A stretch of DNA of 64,000 nt, from positions 331,809-395,808 of the forward strand of contig JAHJTE010000002.1 of NCBI GenBank assembly GCA_018830005.1. The letters are read 5' to 3'. Shown in pieces: positions 30,184 through 39,498 of this stretch. Source of the stretch: Candidatus Omnitrophota bacterium (GTDB lineage: Bacteria > Omnitrophota > Gorgyraeia > JAHJTE01). The notes beneath the pieces were generated by a model. It was given only the letters and a program-made list of their open reading frames with translations. It was not told the DNA's origin and searched no databases. Position numbers and translations under genes: made by a program. Position 1 is the stretch's first letter. Every line of letters begins with the position of its first letter.

Positions 30184-31087
30184 ACCTGAGTGCCTCCTTA
30201 ACTGCGCATCTAATAGCTTTTGAGGAAATCCCGTAATAATCTCTCATGCCTTTCCTATTTTTAATCTTATGTATAAATTCATTACTTATGCCCATTTTCT
30301 TTAATCTAATGCTGAGGCCTTGCTCAAGAATCCAATCAGCAATGATACTACCTAGCCCGCCATCTATGAAATGTTCCTCAACCGTTATTACGGTATGTAT
30401 ATTCTTTAGCTCCTTAAGAAGAGCTGGGAAATCCAGAGGACAAATCTTAGGAACAGATATTACCTTCACTGTCCCCTTAAAACCTTCTACTGCAGAGATT
30501 ACTTCCTCCCCAATTGAACCGTGAAATAAAACTGCCACTTCCTTGCCTTCTCTTATTACTATAGGTTTCTCTATTGTCTTTGGCGGCCTTTTGTGAATCC
30601 TAGGCTCACCGCTTTTGGCAAGGCGTATATAAACCGGTAACTTACTAGAAAAAGCATACTCAGCACATTTTTCTGCCTCAAGCGGATCTGAAGGAGAAAG
30701 TATGACTAAATTAGGTAAACTCCTTGCAATTTGTATATCCTCAATAGAATAATGTGTGACACCTTGCGGTGCATACGTCAGTCCACTTCCAATCCCCACT
30801 AAAGTAATCGGTAATCTCTGATAACAGATATCATTTCTAACCTGTTCATAGCACCTGAAAAGAAGAAAAGGAATGATATTGTATAAAAAGATCTTATACC
30901 CGGCAAGCGCTAAGCCAGCGGAAAAACTTATCATATTCTGTTCGGCAACGCCAAGGTTTAAGAATCTATCTGGAAACGTCTTTTTAAATTCATCCAAGAC
31001 CCCGAAGCCAGCGTCTCCGGTTATTAAGAAGATTCTTTTATTCTCTCTGGCGCAATCTGTTATTCTACTGATTACACTATCTCTCAT
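30176..31087 (-). CDS. Transketolase C-terminal (pyrimidine-binding) subunit
   Basis: MRD, DAGFG, FPDRFLNLGVAEQNM, RCYEQVRND, GVTHYSIED, TVEEH. Confidence 0.92.
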   Translation of the reverse strand: MRDSVISRITDCARENKRIFLITGDAGFGVLDEFKKTFPDRFLNLGVAEQNMISFSAGLALAGYKIFLYNIIPFLLFRCYEQVRNDICYQRLPITLVGIGSGLTYAPQGVTHYSIEDIQIARSLPNLVILSPSDPLEAEKCAEYAFSSKLPVYIRLAKSGEPRIHKRPPKTIEKPIVIREGKEVAVLFHGSIGEEVISAVEGFKGTVKVISVPKICPLDFPALLKELKNIHTVITVEEHFIDGGLGSIIADWILEQGLSIRLKKMGISNEFIHKIKNRKGMRDYYGISSKAIRCAVKEALRYE

Positions 31088-31899
31088 TTTGCCTTAGGGC
31101 ATAAATTCTTAAGCGCTTCTCTTTTTAAATCATCCGTAACAATAAAATAATGCCATTTATTCTCATTTTCCATGAAGGGAACGCCTTTGCCTTTCACTGT
31201 CTGAGCTATTATTATTTTAGGCCTTCCTTTAGAAGGCTCTTTTAGGGCTTTAAAAATCTGCGTAAAATTATGCCCATCAACTTTATGTGTCTGCCATCCA
31301 AACGCCTCCCATTTTTCAATAATAGGCTCAAAATAGCATATCTCTGTTGGCCGGCCGTAACCTTGAAGATTGTTATAATCTAGGATTGCAGTAAGATTAT
31401 CTACTCCTAATTTTGAAGCAAATAAGGCACCTTCCCAGATAGAACCCTCTTGTGATTCTCCGTCACCAATCAAAGTAAAAATTCTTCTCTTATCTTTTTT
31501 GAGTTTATAGCCGTAGGCCATTCCGATTGCCATATTAAACCCATGCCCTAAAGAACCACAGGATGCCTCAATCGGCTTTGCGCTGAATCTATCAAGATGA
31601 GCAGGTAATGTTCCATCATTTTGAAAATATCTCTTTAAGGTATCCTGGCTAATAAACTTCTTTAAAGCAAAAACAGCATAAAGCGCCATAGCTGCATGCG
31701 CTTTACTAAGTATGAATATATCTCTGTTTTTCCAATCCCCTAGATCTATTTTAAGTTCATGGAAATAAAGAGCTACTAGTAAATCCACGCACGATAAAGA
31801 TGATCCTACATGTGCGCTTCCTGATCTACAGGCAACATCTAGAATCAATTTTCTTGCTTCATCTGCGATTCTTTTAAATTTAGTTTCTAGTCCTGGCAT
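31084..31899 (-). CDS. Transketolase N-terminal (ThDP-binding) subunit
   Basis: HVGSSLS, RDIFILSKAH, GSLGHG, GDGESQEGSIWE...DYN, TVKGKG, WHY. Confidence 0.92.
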   Translation of the reverse strand: MPGLETKFKRIADEARKLILDVACRSGSAHVGSSLSCVDLLVALYFHELKIDLGDWKNRDIFILSKAHAAMALYAVFALKKFISQDTLKRYFQNDGTLPAHLDRFSAKPIEASCGSLGHGFNMAIGMAYGYKLKKDKRRIFTLIGDGESQEGSIWEGALFASKLGVDNLTAILDYNNLQGYGRPTEICYFEPIIEKWEAFGWQTHKVDGHNFTQIFKALKEPSKGRPKIIIAQTVKGKGVPFMENENKWHYFIVTDDLKREALKNLCPKAK

Positions 31900-31919
31900 A
31901 TTTGTTTTAAAGAAAACTT

Positions 31920-32984
31920 TTATACAAAATTTACGTGTTCTGGCGGATGTTTTAATCTCCAGAGATACCTATTTACTTCATCCAAACGGCAAACTTCGCG
32001 ACACTCATCTATATTCCATTTGCTCTTCATCATCTTACGAATTGCCTTTCTTTTCTTTCCCTTCCATATCTTACTAAATGTTGCTTTGTTAATATTGCCA
32101 TAGCGAAAACGTTCCTCTCCTAAAAAGCTGCTACAGGCATATAAGTCGCCATTTGAAGCAAGATAGGCCCAAAAAGGAAGTCCTAAACATTTCCTGTAAG
32201 GTCTCGGTTGCGTGATCTTTGACATAGTATGTTTTCTAAATATTATTCTAAAATCTTCTCTTTTATATTTCTTCAGGCTCTCTTCTAAGGATAGCAATCT
32301 CTTGTAATCAAGCTTGGATTTAAGACGGTTAATACTTAAAGGGTGTTGCGAATAGGGCTTTATAATAAGGTAATCAGCTCCAATGTCCCTTAAGATCTTT
32401 GCTACTTTTTCTACCTCATTATAATTCTCATTTAAAAGCAGAAATTGAACACCGATAGTGCAGGCGTATCCCATTTTCTTTTTTAATCTAACCGCCTCTT
32501 TAATATTATTGATAACCTTGTTAAAATCGTTTTGCTTAGTGCGGTGAATCAAAGAATAGGTCTTTGCACTTCCAGCGTTAAGGCTTATCCTCAGCCAGCT
32601 AAGTGAAGAAAGAATCTGCCCTGAGATATGTTTAGTTAACAATACGCCATTTGTAGTAATGGCTACATCTAGACCATTTTTCTTTGCGTATTTTACTAAG
32701 GAGGCTAGGTCTTTATTAAGCAAGGGCTCCCCCTCACCGGCAAACATTATGCTTTTTACTCCTCTGGCGGCAATGTCTTTTATAAATCCTTTCAGGATTT
32801 TGGTGTCTAGGCGGCATGCCTTATATCCTAAATAGTCTAGGCCGCAAAAAATACAACGATGATTACATCCACCATAAGGCGTAATCTCCATATAAATAGG
32901 ATAGATATCTTTTCCTAGCAGCCAATCAGAAACGCGTTGCGGATGATAGATTAATTTTTGACTTTCAATTCTATATTCATCCAT
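31920..32984 (-). CDS. Radical SAM protein with Twitch/SPASM domain, paralogue of 28179..29270
   Basis: CNHRCIFC, GEGEPLL, CLGLPF...GDLYAC...CREVCR; C-terminus PPEHVNFV. ATG at 32984 aligns with the paralogue start. Confidence 0.9.
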   Translation of the reverse strand: MDEYRIESQKLIYHPQRVSDWLLGKDIYPIYMEITPYGGCNHRCIFCGLDYLGYKACRLDTKILKGFIKDIAARGVKSIMFAGEGEPLLNKDLASLVKYAKKNGLDVAITTNGVLLTKHISGQILSSLSWLRISLNAGSAKTYSLIHRTKQNDFNKVINNIKEAVRLKKKMGYACTIGVQFLLLNENYNEVEKVAKILRDIGADYLIIKPYSQHPLSINRLKSKLDYKRLLSLEESLKKYKREDFRIIFRKHTMSKITQPRPYRKCLGLPFWAYLASNGDLYACSSFLGEERFRYGNINKATFSKIWKGKKRKAIRKMMKSKWNIDECREVCRLDEVNRYLWRLKHPPEHVNFV

Positions 32985-33537
32985 TGTTTTTAATAAAATA
33001 ATCAACAATTAAATGACAGATTGCAAGATGGGTAATCTCTGCGTATCCATAAGAAGAAGACGGAACATAAAAATTTATATCCCCTAATGTCCTCAAGGGA
33101 TTACCTTTTTCAAATCCAGAGAGGGTAATTATAAAGCAGCCTCGACCCCTTACCTCTTCTGTGGCATTTAAAATATTTTTTGATTTTCCAGAGCTACTTA
33201 TAGAAAATAAAATATCGCCCTTTCTAGAGAGCATCTCTAGAGGCTTTTGAAATACTGCCTCGTATCCCAAATCATTACTCAAACAAGTAAGCAAACTAGC
33301 ATCATTAAAGACAATGGCTCTCACCTTGGCGTTTTTCAAGAAATCCGTGGCAATATGGCTGGCAATAGATGCGCTTCCGCCATTGCCGATAAGCATAATC
33401 TTATTCTCTTTTTTATCTAGTGCTGTAATTAAACTGGTTATTTCAGAAATTGCCTTATCAAAAGATATAATCTTACCCATCTTTTCAGTTATCTCTATTT
33501 TTGAAAAAAGATCTGATAATTCTTTAAAATAGTGCAT
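32977..33537 (-). CDS. SIS-domain phosphosugar isomerase, GmhA-like (non-canonical metal ligands)
   Basis: GNGGSAS.ASH, SND.GY..VF, GDILFSISSSGKS.N, EITH....H. Confidence 0.85.
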   Translation of the reverse strand: MHYFKELSDLFSKIEITEKMGKIISFDKAISEITSLITALDKKENKIMLIGNGGSASIASHIATDFLKNAKVRAIVFNDASLLTCLSNDLGYEAVFQKPLEMLSRKGDILFSISSSGKSKNILNATEEVRGRGCFIITLSGFEKGNPLRTLGDINFYVPSSSYGYAEITHLAICHLIVDYFIKNNG

Positions 33538-33549
33538 TTTATTTTCCTC

Positions 33550-35085
33550 TTATTTAAGAAGAGTTAATATATATTTAAATAAAGGCCCTAGCTCTACAGA
33601 AGAGCGATTTCCCACGATCAAAACCTTCATTGCCCCTGCGGCATTGCCTATAAAACCTACGACTTGCATTGGATTATCATTCAGTACCCAAGGTGATGTC
33701 AGGGAAAAATAGGCATCTCCTGCCCCAATCCTATCTACCACCTCTTTAGAGAAAACCGGAATCTCACTAAAACCATCTTTTTTCGAATATATCAAAGAAC
33801 CTCTGTGGCCTCGCGTAATAATTATCTTTTCACATTTCAGCTTCTTGCTTATTTCAAGAATTAATCTTTCTAAGTTAGAAAATTTATCATGACATGCAAG
33901 CCTTATTTCAGGTTCATCAATACAGATATAGTCAGCTCTAGGAAATTTCGTAATAAGATTAAAACCGAGGTTTGCGCTATTGGTCTGGACATTAACAGCT
34001 AAATGCGGCGCATTCTTAGAAAGCACATCCACTACCTTAGGTGTAATCAATCCATGGCCAAAATCAGCCACCAGCACCATATCAAATTCCCTAAGCTGAG
34101 ACTTTAAATAGCCACATATCTCATTTTCTAATTCTCTCGGCAAATGATTTGCATCTTCTAGGTAGCAAATTTCAAATAATTTATTCAAAAAATTAGGGTC
34201 AACAAATCTACGTTTAACTACCGTAGGGGCTTCTTTATTATAATAAAACTTGGTTTTTATATTTTTCTTGAGATGACTCTTAATAAAATCTGCGTAGTCA
34301 TTTTTCTTGCCGATACAACTAAGCAAAGTTACCTTCTTAGAAAACCCTGCTAAGTGATTAGCAGCAGCTAAAGCGCCACCTGCGAATGTCTCCTCATTTA
34401 AGAATCTAGTAGCAATTATGTTGTCCTTGGCAGACTTTCCCATACCCACACAGTAGTGATATTCATCTATGATTATGTCTCCTATGACAAGGATCTTTAT
34501 ATCTTGTATTTTCTTGAATCGATCAATTATATCTTTGGCAGGATACCGCCTCTTAAATTTATTAAGAAAATCTCTTGCCTCTTCCGAATAAGGAGCAAGA
34601 AATGTATTTATAATATTGGAAGAACTAAAGGTAATTTCATCAGTAAAATGAAGCATGCCGCCAACAGATTTAACTACTGCCTCTTCTTCGTAGATCTTGC
34701 CTGTAATATCGTCTTCCTTTCTTGCATAATCGCTGCCCTTAACATAGAAGTGCGGTTTTATCTTTTTCAAGGTCTCGACTGCTGTTGGCCATTCATTTAT
34801 TGCTACAAAATCAACTGCCTCTATAGCTGCAATGCTTTCTGCACGTAATTGCTGATTAAATATGGGCCTGCCCGGACCCCTATTCACATGTTCATCGCGT
34901 GTTAACGTAACTACCAGAATATCCCCCTTTTCCTTTGCCGCTTCGAAATGCTTCAGATGTCCTGGATGTAGAAGATCAAATACGCCATGGCAATGAACTA
35001 TTCTTTTGCCCTTTTTCCTAAAACCTTCTAGGATTTTGCTAAGTTCATTGAGTGTTTTAATTTTTGAATCAATATTTTTACCCAT
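33550..35085 (-). CDS. Bifunctional cytidylyltransferase-like nucleotidyltransferase plus PfkB kinase (HldE-like, reversed domain order)
   Basis: N-terminal HGVFDLLHPGH, KGSDY, FSSS; C-terminal GDIIIDEY...DFGHG...VVDRIGAGDAY. Confidence 0.88.
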   Translation of the reverse strand: MGKNIDSKIKTLNELSKILEGFRKKGKRIVHCHGVFDLLHPGHLKHFEAAKEKGDILVVTLTRDEHVNRGPGRPIFNQQLRAESIAAIEAVDFVAINEWPTAVETLKKIKPHFYVKGSDYARKEDDITGKIYEEEAVVKSVGGMLHFTDEITFSSSNIINTFLAPYSEEARDFLNKFKRRYPAKDIIDRFKKIQDIKILVIGDIIIDEYHYCVGMGKSAKDNIIATRFLNEETFAGGALAAANHLAGFSKKVTLLSCIGKKNDYADFIKSHLKKNIKTKFYYNKEAPTVVKRRFVDPNFLNKLFEICYLEDANHLPRELENEICGYLKSQLREFDMVLVADFGHGLITPKVVDVLSKNAPHLAVNVQTNSANLGFNLITKFPRADYICIDEPEIRLACHDKFSNLERLILEISKKLKCEKIIITRGHRGSLIYSKKDGFSEIPVFSKEVVDRIGAGDAYFSLTSPWVLNDNPMQVVGFIGNAAGAMKVLIVGNRSSVELGPLFKYILTLLK

Positions 35086-35095
35086 AACTATCCTT

Positions 35096-36091
35096 TTATT
35101 TAGAGAGATACTTAAACCACTCTTTCGTGGTCTCTCCTATCTTCTCCGGAGTCCATACCGGAGCATCCTTCCAGTAATCTATGTTTTCTAAAATCTTATC
35201 GACTCCCGCTTGAAATGAAACTTGAGGTTGCCAGGAAAGTTTCTCGCTAATCTTATGTATATCCGCCCACGTGCAATCAGGCTCACCCGGCCTTTTAGGG
35301 ATATGTACAACCTCCCCGCCTAAAATGGAAACCAGCTTATTTACGCTCTGTGGATTGCCTGTGCCTACATTGAAAATTCCTGTTTTTACCTTAGAGCTTG
35401 CAGCCCTAACAAAGGCACTTACAACATCAGAGACATAGATAAAATCTCTTTTTTGCTCACCGTCACCAACTACTGTAAAAGGCATAGACTTTAACTTTTG
35501 TGCTAAAAATACTCCAAAAACAGCTCCGTAGGTACCGGATGTCCTTGAACGCGGACCGTAGACATTAAATAATCTTAATGATATAACCGGCATCTTATAT
35601 ACTTTACCCCAATGAAAAACTATTTGTTCTCCTAAATATTTTGTTAATGCATAAGGATATTGGGGACTAATCTTAGCTGTCTCTTTAGTAGGCAAAACCT
35701 TGGCTATACCGTAACAAGAAGAAGATGCGGCATAAATCAACTTTTTAACTTTAGAAACTCTAGAGGCCTCAGCCACACAGGCTGTACCTGTAACATTTGA
35801 ATCATAGTATTTTATGGGATTAACTATTGAAGGAACAATATCAGCTAATGCTCCAAGATGAAATACTATATCTATTCCTTTAAAATATTCTATTATCTTA
35901 TCAAGTTTTGTTATGTCCTCTTTAATCAAGGTAAAATTCTTATTTTTTTTCTGATGAGCTAAGTTCTCAGCCCTACCAGTTGAAAAGTTATCAATTACAG
36001 TAACCTTATTGCCCTCTAAAAGCAAGCAGTCAACTAAATGACTACCTATAAAACCTGCCCCACCTGTAACTAAACACCTTTTCATCTTCAT
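35096..36091 (-). CDS. NAD-dependent NDP-sugar epimerase/dehydratase (extended SDR)
   Basis: TGGAGFIGSH, ALADIVPSI, ASSSCYG, YALTK, RLFNVYGPR, GDGEQKRDF. Confidence 0.9.
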   Translation of the reverse strand: MKMKRCLVTGGAGFIGSHLVDCLLLEGNKVTVIDNFSTGRAENLAHQKKNKNFTLIKEDITKLDKIIEYFKGIDIVFHLGALADIVPSIVNPIKYYDSNVTGTACVAEASRVSKVKKLIYAASSSCYGIAKVLPTKETAKISPQYPYALTKYLGEQIVFHWGKVYKMPVISLRLFNVYGPRSRTSGTYGAVFGVFLAQKLKSMPFTVVGDGEQKRDFIYVSDVVSAFVRAASSKVKTGIFNVGTGNPQSVNKLVSILGGEVVHIPKRPGEPDCTWADIHKISEKLSWQPQVSFQAGVDKILENIDYWKDAPVWTPEKIGETTKEWFKYLSK

Positions 36092-36138
36092 TTTTCCCTT
36101 ATTATCATCTAGTCAGAGCTTTTAAAACACAAACATTA

Positions 36139-36167
36139 ATGCTAACACAATTCAGTATGTAAATCAA
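36139..36167 (-). promoter_or_regulatory. Sigma70-type promoter of the glycan locus (TTGATT-17 nt-TAGCAT, extended -10 TG)
   Basis: Minus strand reads TTGATT tacatactgaattgtgt TAGCAT in the 185-bp gap before 36091; spacer counted as 17 nt. Confidence 0.6.
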
Positions 36168-36276
36168 CTATCTTTTAGGGATAAAACTCTTTACAATACA
36201 ATCAGTTACAACAATTTTATACGTTAAAAATCCGCTCAATTTTTGCCTAATTTTGGGTATAATCTTTGACTATTTT

Positions 36277-37710
36277 TCACCTTAGGAAATCATCATCGAA
36301 TCTTTTTATGTCATCTTCTTCCAAGTATTTCCCAGTCTGCACCTCAACAATCTTAAGCGTGGAATTTCTTGGATTCTCCAAACGGTGCTTCGTGCCCTTT
36401 GGGATATAGATACTCTGATTGCTCTTAATGAGTTTTTTCTTGCCGCAAGAGATAACCTTAGCGCAACCCGAAACCACAACCCAGTGTTCAGCGCGCTTAG
36501 AGTGGCTCTGAAGACTAAGACGTTTGCCTGATTCTATCTGGACTAATTTAATCTTAAATCCAGGGGCTGTTTGTAAGACTGTATAAGAGCCCCAGGGTCG
36601 CTTTTCAGTTAAATGTCTTATATGTTCTTTTCGCTTAGAAGACTTTAATTTCTCAATGATTTTCTTTACATCCTGTGATCTGGATCTGTCACATACCATT
36701 AAGGCATCAGGGGTATCGGCAATAATCAAATCCTCTAAACCGATTGTAGCAATCAATCTCTTACCTCGGCTGAAAACACAAATTCCCTTGCTATCCAAAT
36801 CCACAGAATCTGCCTGGATTAAGTTTCCATGCTTATCCTTGCCTAAAACATCCTCAAGGGCATCCCAGCTACCTAGGTCTGCCCAGCTAAAGGTTGCAGG
36901 TAAAAGAGCAATTTTTCCTGAGCGTTCCAGAATACCGTAATCAACTGATATCGGCTTAACTCTATGCCAAACCTTATTAATATCCTCAATTGAGTTTATG
37001 GACATTAATTGTGAATATAGTGCCGGTAGATAGCGTTTTAACTCCTCAAGAAAAGCCGCTACCTTCCAGACAAAAATACCGCTATTCCAAAAGTAATCCC
37101 GATCAGCCATATACTTTTTCGCCTTCTCTAAACTCGGCTTCTCCAGGAATCTATCAACCTTGTAATAACAAACTCTTTTATTTGTTCTTTTGTGAGGTCG
37201 CTTTATTTTTATATAACCATATCCGGTTGAGATTCTTTTTGGCTTTATGCCTAATGTCACCAAAAAACCAAGATCAGCAACATCTATAGCCCTAAGCAAA
37301 CTCATCTTAAATTTAGGAAGATCTCTAATGAAATGATCAGATGGCAGAACGATTAATGTTGCATCTTTATCTAGCTGCTCAATCAATCTTGCGCAATATC
37401 CTATAGCAGGAGCAGTGTTTTTCGCCTCGGGCTCTAATAATATATTTACTTCAGGAATATGAAACTTTTTTATCTGCCTCTTTAATTCGAAGAAATAAGA
37501 GAATCTGGTAATAATGTAGATCTGCCTAGGCCTTACTAATCCCTGAAGACGAAAGAGTGTATTTTGAATTAAGGAACCTCCTTCTCCCAGTTCCATAAAT
37601 TGCTTTGGCTCAAGCTCCCTGGAAAAAGGCCAAAAACGACTACCCACGCCGCCGGCTAAAATCAAGGCAAAAATATTTTTGTTGGAATGCCTATCACTGG
37701 CCATAAACAA
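36277..37710 (-). CDS. manC: Mannose-1-phosphate guanylyltransferase / mannose-6-phosphate isomerase
   Basis: LAGGVGSRFWPFSR..PKQF, LEP..KNTAPA, PSDH, WNSG, W.DLGSW; C-terminal cupin RPWG...LSLQSH..RAEHW. Confidence 0.95.
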   Translation of the reverse strand: MFMASDRHSNKNIFALILAGGVGSRFWPFSRELEPKQFMELGEGGSLIQNTLFRLQGLVRPRQIYIITRFSYFFELKRQIKKFHIPEVNILLEPEAKNTAPAIGYCARLIEQLDKDATLIVLPSDHFIRDLPKFKMSLLRAIDVADLGFLVTLGIKPKRISTGYGYIKIKRPHKRTNKRVCYYKVDRFLEKPSLEKAKKYMADRDYFWNSGIFVWKVAAFLEELKRYLPALYSQLMSINSIEDINKVWHRVKPISVDYGILERSGKIALLPATFSWADLGSWDALEDVLGKDKHGNLIQADSVDLDSKGICVFSRGKRLIATIGLEDLIIADTPDALMVCDRSRSQDVKKIIEKLKSSKRKEHIRHLTEKRPWGSYTVLQTAPGFKIKLVQIESGKRLSLQSHSKRAEHWVVVSGCAKVISCGKKKLIKSNQSIYIPKGTKHRLENPRNSTLKIVEVQTGKYLEEDDIKRFDDDFLR

Positions 37711-37714
37711 CTCC

Positions 37715-38467
37715 TTATTTTAACGCTAAAGAGATTATCTTCTTATTCATGAAGGCCTCGCCTATCAAAACTGCATCAATGCCTGCCTTCTTGAGATTAG
37801 AAATATCACTATTTCTTTTTATGCCACTCTCGCTAACTACTAACTTCCCTTTAGGAATTAATTTCATAAGCCGGGGTGTAGTCTTTAAATCTATTCGGAA
37901 GGTTTTTAGATTTCTATTGTTTATGCCTATAATACGAGGTTTAATAGCAAGCGCCTTTTTCAAGTCACTCTTTGAAAAAACCTCAACAACGCAATCCATG
38001 CCTAATTTCTCTGCAAGATCATATAGGATCTTAAGCCTCTTTTGGGTCAGAATTCTAGCAATTAAAAGAATTGCATCAGCACCAAAGGCACGTGATTCGT
38101 ATACCTGATATTCATCGATTATGAAATCTTTACGCAAGATAGGTAATTTTACTTTTGCCTTAATCTTACTTATATATGAAAGATGACCTTTAAAAAATTT
38201 TCTATCAGTAAGCACTGAGAGGGCATCTGCACCTGCCTTCTCTAGCTGCAAAGCCAACTGTACTGGATTGAAATTACTGCGTATGATGCCTGCTGAAGGC
38301 GAAGCCTTCTTAACCTCGGCAATAACACAAAGCTTATTTCTCTTAGCTATAGCCTTTTTAAAATCTCTAGGCCTTGCTCTATACCTTAAACTAGTCAGAG
38401 ATCTTCTCTTTTTTGCCTTGCTAATTTCGATTCTTTTATTTTTGATTATATTGCTTAAGATATCCAC
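37715..38467 (-). CDS. trpC: Indole-3-glycerol phosphate synthase
   Basis: IAEVKKASPS, SVLTD..FF.G, LRKDFI, GINNRNL, VSESGI, LIGEAFM. Confidence 0.95.
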   Translation of the reverse strand: MDILSNIIKNKRIEISKAKKRRSLTSLRYRARPRDFKKAIAKRNKLCVIAEVKKASPSAGIIRSNFNPVQLALQLEKAGADALSVLTDRKFFKGHLSYISKIKAKVKLPILRKDFIIDEYQVYESRAFGADAILLIARILTQKRLKILYDLAEKLGMDCVVEVFSKSDLKKALAIKPRIIGINNRNLKTFRIDLKTTPRLMKLIPKGKLVVSESGIKRNSDISNLKKAGIDAVLIGEAFMNKKIISLALK

Positions 38468-38471
38468 TCTC

Positions 38472-39482
38472 TCACCTGTTAGTGAACGCCTTCAAGTCTT
38501 GCAACTTATCCAAGGCCTTACCTGAGCCTATGGATTCTCGCGCCTTTTCTATTCCTGCTTCAATCGTTGCCGCGCTATCTGCTACATAAATTGCAACGCC
38601 TGCATTAAGAAGAACAATATCCTTTTTAGGGCCGTCTTTACCTTTTAAGACTTCCAACACAATCTGTGCATTAAAGACTGCATCGCCGCCCTTAAGATCT
38701 GCAAGCCTTGCCTGACTTATACCAAATTTATCAGGTTCAATCGTAAAATTTTTAAAATCATTATCTTTATATTCACAAACCAATGTATTGTCACAAGTCG
38801 TAATCTCATCTAAGCCGTCCTCACCATGTACGACCATTGCATGAGAAAGTCCTAAATTTGCCAAGACGTGTATAAGAGGATCAATCAGCTTTCTATCAAA
38901 AACACCTATAATCTGATGAGTCGCAAACGCAGGATTAGTCAAAGGGCCTAAGATATTGAATATTGTGCGTGTCTTTAATCTCTTGCGCACTGGCATTGCA
39001 TATTTCATTGCTGGATGTAGATTAGGAGCAAATAAAAAAACAACACCAATCTCCTCTAATGCCTGTTCAATAGCCTTCGCGTCAATTAACAAATTAACCC
39101 CTAACGCCTCTAGGACATCAGCGCTACCACAAGAGGAAGAAACGCCTCTATTGCCATGTTTTGCAACCCTTATATCAGCTCCTGCTAAGACAAATGCAAC
39201 TATTGTTGAAATATTAAACGTTTGGGCATTATCTCCACCTGTGCCACAGGTATCAAAGATAATACCTGTGGGTGCTTTTATTCTTTTTACAAACTTGCGC
39301 ATTGTTAAGCTAGCACCAGTAATCTCATCGACTGTCTCGCCTTTAGCCTTCAAGAGCAGCAGAAAAGATTCAATATCAGACTCAGCCGCATGTCCAGTCA
39401 TAATCTCCTCCATGCAAATGCGCATCTCTCCTTGAGTTAAATCTGTTTTTTGTTCTAAGATTTTAATGGCTTCTTTTAACAT
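38472..39482 (-). CDS. trpD: Anthranilate phosphoribosyltransferase
   Basis: DTCGTGGD, FNIST, KHGNR.VSS..GSADVLE, FNILGPL.NP, DGLDE. Confidence 0.96.
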   Translation of the reverse strand: MLKEAIKILEQKTDLTQGEMRICMEEIMTGHAAESDIESFLLLLKAKGETVDEITGASLTMRKFVKRIKAPTGIIFDTCGTGGDNAQTFNISTIVAFVLAGADIRVAKHGNRGVSSSCGSADVLEALGVNLLIDAKAIEQALEEIGVVFLFAPNLHPAMKYAMPVRKRLKTRTIFNILGPLTNPAFATHQIIGVFDRKLIDPLIHVLANLGLSHAMVVHGEDGLDEITTCDNTLVCEYKDNDFKNFTIEPDKFGISQARLADLKGGDAVFNAQIVLEVLKGKDGPKKDIVLLNAGVAIYVADSAATIEAGIEKARESIGSGKALDKLQDLKAFTNR

Positions 39483-39498
39483 ATTTGCCCTCTTAAGA

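Noticed and set aside
28179-32984. RiPP maturases (SPASM) with a precursor peptide
   Set aside because: No short precursor ORF, RRE domain, peptidase or exporter; the neighbours are all sugar enzymes.
36258-36263. Plus-strand TATAAT suggesting an antisense promoter into manC
   Set aside because: No correctly spaced -35 or extended -10 TG; expected by chance in AT-rich DNA.
36092-36276. ops/JUMPStart element, tRNA or att site at the island boundary
   Set aside because: No GGCGGTAG, cloverleaf or flanking direct repeat found by eye.
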